This document shows, piece by piece, positions 10,199 to 18,800 of a DNA stretch of 64,000 nucleotides. Source of the stretch: a virus (lineage: Duplodnaviria; Caudoviricetes); IMG/VR virus record IMGVR_UViG_2639763148_000001, positions 4,351-68,350 of that record; one strand, given 5' to 3'. A model generated the notes under the pieces. It was not told where the DNA came from and ran no database searches. It saw nothing but the letters and a program-made list of their open reading frames with translations. Each line of letters opens with the position of its first letter. Position 1 is the first letter of the stretch. The position numbers were made by a program, and so were the translations under genes.

Positions 10199-10903
10199 TC
10201 ACGGGGCGCAGACGCCGATGAGCGGAACCGGCTGGTAGTCGCAGGTGACGACCGGCGGCGCGATCGTCGTGATGAACGACCTCCTGTGACAGTTCTCGCC
10301 GAGCGGGGTCAGCATCGGCCCCGGAGTCTGGGCGACGTCGGCGGCCTGCACGTTGTACGGGCCGATGCCCCAGCGCGAGTTCGCCCGGGTCGAACCGGAC
10401 AGGACCAGGTTCACCGCCTCAGACCCGATCTCCAGGTCTCCGAGCTGGCCGTTCGTGACCCACGGCAGCAGGAAGTAGATCCAGGCTCCGTCTGTCGTAG
10501 GGGTGTTCGGGCAGACCTCCTCGCCGAGTACCTGCGCCCACAGCTCGATCGCGAACCCCGAGTCGCACTGGATCGAGCAGTCGTCGTAACCGATCAGCGC
10601 ACCGTCGAAGCCCGCGTAAGGGCTCTGCCCGGTCGTGAGCTCGATGAACTCGGGGCTGACCCCGTAGAAGGTCAGCTCGACGTCGTATCCGCGGAAGGAG
10701 GGGCAGCCCCGCTTGAAGCCGCAGACCTTTCCGTTCGCGGCCTTGTACTCGACGTCCGTGCCGTCCTCGGTGTTCACGTTCATGGCGAGCGTGGCGAAGC
10801 AGTCCAGCACGTAGCTGTTATCGGCGCCACAGACGACTCGGCCGCAGGAGTCGACGCGGGTGACACGGATGGTCTCCGCGTTGGCGATCAGGGGACAGGA
10901 CAC
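10199..10903 (-). CDS. Major tail (tube) protein
   Basis: GTG at 10903 with GGAGG SD; 'IRVTRVDSCGR', 'FAIELW', 'WGIGPYNV' resemble cluster-B-type tail tube proteins. Confidence 0.8.
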   Translation of the reverse strand: MSCPLIANAETIRVTRVDSCGRVVCGADNSYVLDCFATLAMNVNTEDGTDVEYKAANGKVCGFKRGCPSFRGYDVELTFYGVSPEFIELTTGQSPYAGFDGALIGYDDCSIQCDSGFAIELWAQVLGEEVCPNTPTTDGAWIYFLLPWVTNGQLGDLEIGSEAVNLVLSGSTRANSRWGIGPYNVQAADVAQTPGPMLTPLGENCHRRSFITTIAPPVVTCDYQPVPLIGVCAP

Positions 10904-11040
10904 GAGGGGCCTCCAACAAAGGGAGTTGGTGGCCCGGCCCACAACCAGCGGCGAAAGCAGTCGGCCGACCCCGGCGCCCGCCGGCGGTCTGCCCAGTGCG
11001 CTCGGCCCACAGCCAGCAGCGCACTATCAGGAGTCTAGCC
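10904..11040 (-). promoter_or_regulatory. Late promoter (-10 TAGACT) with two leader hairpins and an RBS-sequestering stem
   Basis: Motif copies at 11001-11019 and 10933-10951; GGGCCACCAAC/GTTGGAGGCCC stem. Confidence 0.62.
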
Positions 11041-11081
11041 TCCGGGCCCTCCCAGCGGCCCGTACGTGCCGTCAGGGGCCG

Positions 11082-11621
11082 TTACACCCCTTGCCCGGCC
11101 TCGACGGCGATCAGGTGGACCGTCGCCCCGACGAGCGGTTGGGGCACCTGCAGAACGCTGATGCCCAAAATCACTACGCCTGGGCTCTGCCGGACGTTGA
11201 CGGTGCACGAGGACGCGGACAGCGCGGTGACCCGGGCCTCCGTCGCGTTCGTGTTGGAGGTCTCCAGGCCGACGCTCACCACGGGCGCGACCGAGAAGGC
11301 AGGCGAGAAGGCGAACACCACGTCACCGGAGGCGTTGGACACGCCCTTGGCGGCGTACACGCGGCGGGCTGCGGTCGGAGCGACGACCCACCGGGTGCCG
11401 TCGGACTGCACCCTCCGCGCCCGACCGGCCGGGATCACCAGAGAAGCGGTCGGGGTGCCGTCGACCGAGAACGGGGTGGCGCCGACCGAGGACCACGTGA
11501 CCGCCGCGGTGCCCGTGTTCGTGAGGTCGTGCGTACGGCCCAGGACCGTCGTCGGGTCCGGCAGGGACTCCGCTGCGGTAGCGGCTTCGACGATCAAGGC
11601 GTCGGTATCGTGAAGGCTCAT
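11082..11621 (-). CDS. Putative virion fibre/appendage protein
   Basis: 179 aa, beta-rich, in the structural operon. Confidence 0.55.
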   Translation of the reverse strand: MSLHDTDALIVEAATAAESLPDPTTVLGRTHDLTNTGTAAVTWSSVGATPFSVDGTPTASLVIPAGRARRVQSDGTRWVVAPTAARRVYAAKGVSNASGDVVFAFSPAFSVAPVVSVGLETSNTNATEARVTALSASSCTVNVRQSPGVVILGISVLQVPQPLVGATVHLIAVEAGQGV

Positions 11622-11632
11622 CAGGTCCCCGC

Positions 11633-13510
11633 TCAGATCCAGTCGTCAAAGCTCTTGTTGGCCAGTCGGTTCAGGTTGGCAGCGGTCGCGGTCTTGGTCG
11701 CGGCCAGGCTCATCTCCGAGTCGAAGTGCACGAAGGCCCCGGTGTTGAGCGTCGCGCCGCCGGCGACCCGGCACCGCTGGGTGCAACCGCTCGCCGCCAC
11801 GTTCAGCGTGGCCCCCTGCTCGACCGTGCAGTCCCGGACGGGCTGCCCGACGACCCGGGCCCCGGTCACGGTCAGCAGGGACTGACCGCGCACGCTCATC
11901 GAGAAGACGTCGGCCAGGCCCGCGCCGGCGGAGCCGGTGAGGCCGGTCAGGGTGACCGTGGATAGGCCCTCGACCCGGTTGTTGCGGATCTGCTTCGCCG
12001 TCGCGTCGCCGCCCGTGTAGGTGACCGTGCACCCGGGGCCTACGTGGTTGCCGGTGAAGGCGGAGGCGCCCGACAGCCCGGAGTTCGCGTTGTTGATCGT
12101 GACGATGCCGCCCAGGATCTCGCAGTTGTCGATCCACCCGCCGTCGGTCGTGCCGGTGATGGTCACGACGCCCTCACCGACGACGGAGCTGCCCCGCACG
12201 ACGGAGCGGGAGACCAGGCTGGTGTTGCTGCCGGTCGTCGTGGAGAACGTGACCTGCGCCGGGCCCTCGATCCGCGACTGGTCGATGCGGTCGCCGATGG
12301 CCGCGACGACCGTCGCCGTGGTGCTCGACTCGGTCACCGTGGCGCCGCCGCCGACGTACGAGCCGACGCCCATCGACAGAGACCGGACGTCGGTGACCAC
12401 CATCGTGCCGTTGTCCAGCGTCCCGTTCTGAATGGTCAGGCTCCCCGTCGAGCCAGCCGCCAGGCGCAGCGTGCCGCCGCGGGTCTGGCACTGCGTAGCG
12501 ATGATCTGCCCGCTCCCCTGATGGTCGAACAGAGTGCCGGTGAACACGCCGGTCACGATGTCGCAGCGCCCGGAAACAGCCGTGCGGTCGATGCGGATGC
12601 CGTCGATGGTCGAGTTGGAGACGTTGACGCTGGCACCGGCCGGGCCGTCGATGGTCCACAGGGCGCCGAACGAGATATCGCAGTTGCCGATCGTCAGGGT
12701 CGGGTCGCCCAGATGCGTGATGCTGCCGCCGCCGGCAACGCCGCGCAGCCGGGAGTTCGCCACGCTCAGGGTCGTCACGACGGTCCCGGCCTGCGTGCGC
12801 AGGGTAGAGCCGCGCAGGTCCGAGTCCGTGATGGTGATGTTCTTCACGCTGCCCGGGTCATTGACCAGGGTGGCCTGGTAGAGCCGGCTGCCTGACTGGA
12901 CAGTGATGCCACCGGTCCCGCTGTTGGTCACGATCGAGCCGTGAAGCTGCGAGTTGCTGACCGTCATCGTCGGGCCGGTCGTGACGTTGCTCGCGTTCTC
13001 GATCCGGGCGTTGGTGATGAACCCCGAGGCCCAGCCGGTCATGTTGACCGTGGAGTTGGCGATCCGGCTCCCCGTGACCGAGCGGGCCGTGGCCGGGGCC
13101 GTGAGGGTCACGGAGTCGAACTCGTTCTCCGACCACGTCGCCGTGCCCCAGGGGAACGTGCCGAGGATCGGGCTGGTGCCGGTGGTGTCCCGCACCACGT
13201 TGTTGAGGTTGTCCCTCAGCTCGATCATCTGGCCGACCGCGCCGCGGTCGATGTCGAAGAGACCGGCCCATGCCTCGTTGTCGTACGGGGTCCAAACTTT
13301 GGCTTCAAGGGCGAGGACGGAGGCGGTGACTGCGTGCAGCTCGACCGTGTTCGGCCCGGCCAGGGTCGCCCCCTGTACCCAGTCGGTGACGATGTAATGG
13401 CACTGGGGGTCGAGGCTCCCGGCGTCGCGGAGGGCGATCAGCGCGGCGACCGTCATCGGGCCGGGGCATCCGGCCTGTGCGGGCGGGGTGAATGATCCGC
13501 TCGTGGACAT
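11633..13510 (-). CDS. Beta-helix-like structural protein (625 aa)
   Basis: ATG 13510 with AGGAGG SD; Thr/Gly/Ser/Val/Asn-rich parallel-beta repeats. The ORF-track extension to 14599 is out of frame with the real upstream gene. Confidence 0.7.
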   Translation of the reverse strand: MSTSGSFTPPAQAGCPGPMTVAALIALRDAGSLDPQCHYIVTDWVQGATLAGPNTVELHAVTASVLALEAKVWTPYDNEAWAGLFDIDRGAVGQMIELRDNLNNVVRDTTGTSPILGTFPWGTATWSENEFDSVTLTAPATARSVTGSRIANSTVNMTGWASGFITNARIENASNVTTGPTMTVSNSQLHGSIVTNSGTGGITVQSGSRLYQATLVNDPGSVKNITITDSDLRGSTLRTQAGTVVTTLSVANSRLRGVAGGGSITHLGDPTLTIGNCDISFGALWTIDGPAGASVNVSNSTIDGIRIDRTAVSGRCDIVTGVFTGTLFDHQGSGQIIATQCQTRGGTLRLAAGSTGSLTIQNGTLDNGTMVVTDVRSLSMGVGSYVGGGATVTESSTTATVVAAIGDRIDQSRIEGPAQVTFSTTTGSNTSLVSRSVVRGSSVVGEGVVTITGTTDGGWIDNCEILGGIVTINNANSGLSGASAFTGNHVGPGCTVTYTGGDATAKQIRNNRVEGLSTVTLTGLTGSAGAGLADVFSMSVRGQSLLTVTGARVVGQPVRDCTVEQGATLNVAASGCTQRCRVAGGATLNTGAFVHFDSEMSLAATKTATAANLNRLANKSFDDWI

Positions 13511-13518
13511 GGCGCCTC

Positions 13519-14643
13519 CTAGGCGGCGGGGTTGAGGAACTCCAGGCGGATGCGAACCGGAGTGGTGGCGCCGCTCTGATGGAAGAAGATCTGCGTACTG
13601 GACTGGGTCCGCACGTGCCCGAGTGCGGTGGTGGCGGGTCCGCTGATGTAGGTCAGCTTCACCGTCCAGCCGTTGGCGGTGACGTTGGACGTCACCGTGC
13701 CGCCGGGCAGGAGCGCCCCGGAGGTCGGCCACGTGACCGTGCCGAGCTGGGCGCTGCTCGCCGTCATGATCGCGTCGCCGCTGGAGTGCGGCGGGTTGCC
13801 GTACTCCAGCTCCACGACGTCGGCGCCGAGCCACTGCACGGTCGGGTTGCCCACCGTCGGGTCGTAGCAGCCTCCGCCCACGGCGGTGAGGCCGGTCGTC
13901 ACGCTGGGGGGCGGCACGAGGTTGCAGAGGTTCTCCCCGAGCAGGTCGATCCCGTCGTTGAAGAACTGGCCGGTGAGGAGGAAGTCGTCCAGGACGTTCG
14001 TCGGCGTGCCGTCGCCGTCGCACGGGCCGATGTCGGACAGGTGGACCAGGTTCCCCACCTCGTCGTACCACTCCAGCGCCCCGCTGCCTCGCCGTCGGCA
14101 GGGGAAGACGGGCCCGCGGGTGAAGGCCTCGACCTGGCGCAGCAGCGGCGAGCCTGCGCCCATCACCGCGACGTTCTGTTTGTGGAAGCCGTTGAAGCGG
14201 ACCCGGGCCACTCCGGACACCGGGGCGAAGTCCAGCGTGCGGGGCGGGGTGTTGTCGCCGATGGGGGCGGTGAGGTTCCACGGCGTCGTGAACAGGGGCG
14301 ACAGCCCGGCGTCGAGGAGCGTGACGGTGATCAGGCCGAAGCCGTCCTGATCGGTCAGTACGCCCCCGCCGCCGTTGTGCCAGCGGAGTCGCACCAGGTT
14401 GTTGACCGGCGCGGCGAAGACGTAGTCGAAGGCCGTGGTCGGGTTGGCGATGAGCTGCGCCTCGGTGACGGGCGGGGCGAAGCCGGACAGGTCGGCGCCC
14501 TCCGTCCCGTCGATCGTGGAGGCCAGGTTCGTGATGGGCAGGCCGGCCGGGTTCGCCGAGACGAGCACGTTGGCGAACAGCACCTCCCCGGCCGCGCACC
14601 GTTCCGGGGCGCCGGCCGGGCAGCAGTCACAGGGCACGGGCAT
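13519..14643 (-). CDS. Cys-motif structural protein, paralog A (374 aa)
   Basis: GAGGAGG SD; PCDCCP N-terminus; homologous to 14656-15333. Confidence 0.75.
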   Translation of the reverse strand: MPVPCDCCPAGAPERCAAGEVLFANVLVSANPAGLPITNLASTIDGTEGADLSGFAPPVTEAQLIANPTTAFDYVFAAPVNNLVRLRWHNGGGGVLTDQDGFGLITVTLLDAGLSPLFTTPWNLTAPIGDNTPPRTLDFAPVSGVARVRFNGFHKQNVAVMGAGSPLLRQVEAFTRGPVFPCRRRGSGALEWYDEVGNLVHLSDIGPCDGDGTPTNVLDDFLLTGQFFNDGIDLLGENLCNLVPPPSVTTGLTAVGGGCYDPTVGNPTVQWLGADVVELEYGNPPHSSGDAIMTASSAQLGTVTWPTSGALLPGGTVTSNVTANGWTVKLTYISGPATTALGHVRTQSSTQIFFHQSGATTPVRIRLEFLNPAA

Positions 14644-14655
14644 GGCGGCGCCTCC

Positions 14656-15333
14656 TCACGGGGCCGGCTGGAGGAGATCGAGCCTCCAGCGGATCGGCGG
14701 GGTGACGTTGTCCGTGGAGGCGAAGTGCAGGGCGAGCGTGACCCCGCCGGTCATCCGGATTGTCTGGATGGAGGAGGGCGGGCCCGACAGGTAGGTGATC
14801 ACGGCCCGCTTGTTGGTGTTGAACAGGTTCGACACCCGGGCTTCCCCGGGCGCCATGCCGGTGTTGTTGGTCGGCCACGTGATCCCCGCAGGCGCCAGGG
14901 TCGGCGAGGAGTAGCTGATGAACACGCCGCCGCTGGTCCTGGGAGGGTTGCCGTACTCCATGGTGACCGTGGACGTCGGGCCCCAGTCCATCGTCGGGCT
15001 GCCCGTAGTCGGGTCGAAGCACTGCGGGCCGCTCGGGGACGGCCCCCACCCGGCCGTTGCCGCCGGCGCCGGGCTGACGTTGCAGATGTTCTCCCCCGAG
15101 CTGTCCGGACCGTCCCCGAAGGCGCCCCCGTTCATGTGGAGGTCCCCGAGAACGAACGGGACGAACTGGGTCGCGCAGTCCACGACGTTCGCGGTGGGCA
15201 CGAGGTTCCCGGCCACGTCGTACCACTCCAGCGCCCCACTACGGCGGCGGCACGGGAAGACCGGGGCGAGCCCGGTCCCGGTCAGGACGCACCGGCCCTC
15301 ACCGACAGGGCAGCAGTCACACGGCGTGCTCAC
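14656..15333 (-). CDS. Cys-motif structural protein, paralog B (225 aa)
   Basis: Shares PCDCCP, PVFPCRRR.SGALEWYD, GENxCN and EYGNPP blocks with paralog A. Confidence 0.75.
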   Translation of the reverse strand: MSTPCDCCPVGEGRCVLTGTGLAPVFPCRRRSGALEWYDVAGNLVPTANVVDCATQFVPFVLGDLHMNGGAFGDGPDSSGENICNVSPAPAATAGWGPSPSGPQCFDPTTGSPTMDWGPTSTVTMEYGNPPRTSGGVFISYSSPTLAPAGITWPTNNTGMAPGEARVSNLFNTNKRAVITYLSGPPSSIQTIRMTGGVTLALHFASTDNVTPPIRWRLDLLQPAP

Positions 15334-15362
15334 ATCGTCACCGCCTGCGATACGATGTTTGC

Positions 15363-15839
15363 GTGAGAGTCCTCAAATGCATCATTGAAGGATGCGTCCC
15401 GCGCGCCCGCGGAAACGGCGACTACTGCGCCATGCATTGGGAGCGCATCAAGCGCAACGGCGACCCGGGGCCACCGGGTCGAACGACCGCACCAAACGGA
15501 ACGTCCCGAGCCCTGGCGGAACTCGGCGCGCAAGGTGGCACCGAATGCATCCTTACGCCCACGCGTCGACAAAAGATGCTCGATGGGTCGGCGCGCGGAG
15601 ACACCCAGAGGTCCATTTCCCGGGTGGCCTGGCGAATCCGGAATGGAGATCCGGGGAACTTGAAAGTTCTTCACATCTGCCAGGACGACAGGTGCGTAAA
15701 TGTCGACCACATGTACCTGGGCACCACCTCCGATAACTCCGCAGACGCCAAGGCTGTGTACGAAGTCGGGCTTGCGGTGGTGCAAGCCCGATTCCGTGCA
15801 GGAGGGCCCGGGATCTGTAGAGGCGAGGATCACCGCTGA
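15363..15839 (+). CDS. Free-standing HNH homing endonuclease, antisense to the operon
   Basis: C..C..C..H zinc motif then 'RVAW...VLHICQDDRCVNVDHMYLGTTSDN'; visibly lower GC. Confidence 0.75.
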   Translation: MRVLKCIIEGCVPRARGNGDYCAMHWERIKRNGDPGPPGRTTAPNGTSRALAELGAQGGTECILTPTRRQKMLDGSARGDTQRSISRVAWRIRNGDPGNLKVLHICQDDRCVNVDHMYLGTTSDNSADAKAVYEVGLAVVQARFRAGGPGICRGEDHR

Positions 15840-18800
15840 GTCCAGTTCGCGACCACGGTCGCCCCGGCCTGAGGGGTGACCGAGACCGGCCCGGTCAACT
15901 GGTTGTTGTCTTCGGCGTTCCAGGTGAGCGTCAGCCCGGCCGGGAGGCCCGTCAGGGCCGTGCCGTTGGCGTCGACTAGGTCCCACAGCCCGGACGTCCC
16001 GGTGACCGTGAGGCTGGTCAGCGTCCCGGCGACGTCGCCTCCCGGCGTCCACGGCGTGGCGTTGGTCAGGACACGACCCTGGGCGGTCAGCGTCACCGGG
16101 GTGTCGTCGTCCACGCACGGGACGATGCTCGCCGCGAGGATCGTGGCGCCCGAGACGGAGTCGATCAGGCTAATCGTCCCGTTGGTTGCCCGGATCGCCG
16201 TGTAGAACCCGGACCCGGTATTCGTGCACCCGTTGCCGATGACGGTTCCACAGCAGTCCGAGCACAGCCCGACGGCGCCGACCGGGGCGAAGGCAGCACC
16301 GGCGAGGGTGGTGTTCGTGGTGGAGATCAGTGCGCCGGTGGTCGAGTTGAACCTGAAGAGCCTAATGAAGGCGGTACCTGCGCTATCGCAGAGGATTTCC
16401 TCCACGAAATCCGTGTCCGACTGGACCGTCTGGGCGCAGACGCCCACGGCCCCGGTCGGCACGAACGCGGCCCCGGCGAGGGTGGTGTCCGTGAAGCCGG
16501 TGACCGCGCCGGCTGCGTTGTACGTGTACGTGCGGATGAACCGGTTCGGGTTGGCGGCCGAGTCGCAGAGGATGACGGATTCGCTGTCCCGGCCGGAGCA
16601 CAGGCCTACGGTGCCGGTCGGCACGTAGGCGGCGGTGCCGGCGAGGTTGGTGTCCCGGACCGTGACGACGGTCCCGGTTGCGTCGTGGACCGTGGACCGA
16701 CGGAAGGCGGTCGCGACGCCGGCGTTGACGTCGCACAGGATCTGCGTCTCGGTGTCCGCGGTCACCTGGGCGTCGGCGACGGCCTGGCCGATGTCGTCGG
16801 CGGTCACGCAGGGGCAGGGGCTGCCGCTGCTGCCCGACGACGTGCAGGCGCCGACCTCGCCGGTCACGACGTACGGCGCGCCTTCGGGGGTGGTGTCGAC
16901 GGTGGCGAGGGTCTCGCCGGTCTCGCAGTCGGTGACGACGGTCCGGAAGAACTGGATCTCGCAGCCGTCCACGTTGTACGCGTAGGCGGCGGTGAAGTTC
17001 CTCGCCTGCCACTGCTTGCCGTCTGGCGGGGCGCACGTCCCGGTCTGGAAGGTCTCGACGTCGAGCCAGACGGCGACGTTGCCGGTGTCCAGCTCGGTCG
17101 CGGCGATGTCGGCCTCGATGGTCAGGACGTCGGTCTGTCCGACGGGCGTCCCGAACAGCGTGCTGCCCGCGTTCAGTACGGCGCCGTCGGAGACGCGGAA
17201 CAGCCGGAATCGGCCCGCACCGGAGCAGCCGGCGCCGGGTCCGAGGTTCTGGGTCTCGACGCTGAGGGAGACGTGGACGGTGCCGTCCGTGCAGGCGGGT
17301 GCTGGGGCCTGGAGGGTGGCCGCGACATAGCGGTGTACCTGGGTGATGCCGGGGCCTGTGGAGACGTCCGGCCCGAAGTTGATGACGCCGCCGGTCCAGA
17401 GCGCGCCGCCGCCTCCGGGCCGCTGGACGAAGTCGGCGGTCGGGATGTCCGGGATGAACTGCTGGTTCGTGTTGGTGACCGTCGGGGCGCCGTCGGGGTC
17501 GTCGGTCGGGATGTCGCAGACGAGGAGCGTCGTCGTGTTCGTGCAGTCCGTCGGCGAGCAGGTGCCGACCGTCCCTGTCGGGACGTAGGGGGCCCCGGCC
17601 AGGGTGTAGTTCGAGACGCTGGTGATCGTGTTGTTCTGGTCGCGGCGGTAGTCCCGTACGAACGGGATGCTGCTGCCGTCGGGCTGGATGTCGCAGAGGA
17701 TCGCGAGGTCCGCGTCAGGCTGCTCGACGTCGGCCGGGCAGGTGGTGACTGTGCCGACGGGGACGTAGGTCGCGCCGGTGGTCGCGTTGACCAGGCGCAC
17801 GGAGTCGATCGTGCCGTCGGCTGCGTAGTGGTACTCGATCAGGACCAGGCCCTGAACGTCGCCGTTGCCGTCGACGTCACAGAAGATCCCGGAGACCTGC
17901 ACCGACTGGGAGGAGGAGCAGGACATGGTGCCGGCTGGTGGCGGCCCGGCGGTGAACGCACCCGTGAGGAGGTTGATCCAGCCGTCTTGGATGAGCGTGC
18001 CGGTGTCGCAGTCCCGGCGGGTGACGACGCCGATCGGCGTGCCATCGGCGAGGCACAGGCCCGTCGTGGTGACCGGGTCGCACGCGGCGTCGCAGATCCT
18101 GACCGTGCCCGTCGGGGCGTAGGGGGTCGTCCCGTCGAGGAGGGTGTCCGTGGTGATGACGGACACGCCGCCGACGCTGACGAAGGTCCTCAGGAACGGC
18201 CCGTTGTCGTCGCACACGATCTCGTGCTCGCGGGTGACCTGCGAGCAGACCGTGACCAGGCCGGTCGGGTTGTACGGGTTGCCGTCGGCGTCCTGGTTCT
18301 CGGCGCTGATTACCTCGCCGGTCTGGTCGTAGGTGAGGCGGCGGACGAACGGGATGCTCGCGCCGGTGGGCTGGACGTCGCACAGCTCGACGAGCTCGGT
18401 GTCCCCGCCGCAGTTCCGCACCGTGCCGACGGGGGCGTACGCCGCGCCTGCCAGCGTGAAGTTGCCGAAGGCCTTGACCTGGGGCTGCCCGACGTCGCTG
18501 ACGGCCTGGACGAATTTCCGGAGGAAGGGGCCGTTGTCGTCGCACAGGATCGCGTCGTTCATGAACGCGGTGTCGGTGCACGAGCCGATGTCGTAGCTGG
18601 ACGGCGTGGGCACCGGGCCGCCGTCGGGCCCGATGAAGGTGTCCGCGAGGACGCCGCCGGAGGCGTCGGTGATGACGACGCGCTGGAGGTTGGTGCGGAC
18701 GCCGCCGACGGTCGCGCATACCGGGTACGTGTAGGCGAGGTTCGCGGCTACCGACCCGCCGTCGCCGCTGGACGCCGCGGCCGGGCACGGGCCGGGCACG

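Noticed and set aside
13519-15333. Paralog pair as a diversity-generating retroelement TR/VR
   Set aside because: No reverse transcriptase; the similarity is protein-level and not adenine-specific.
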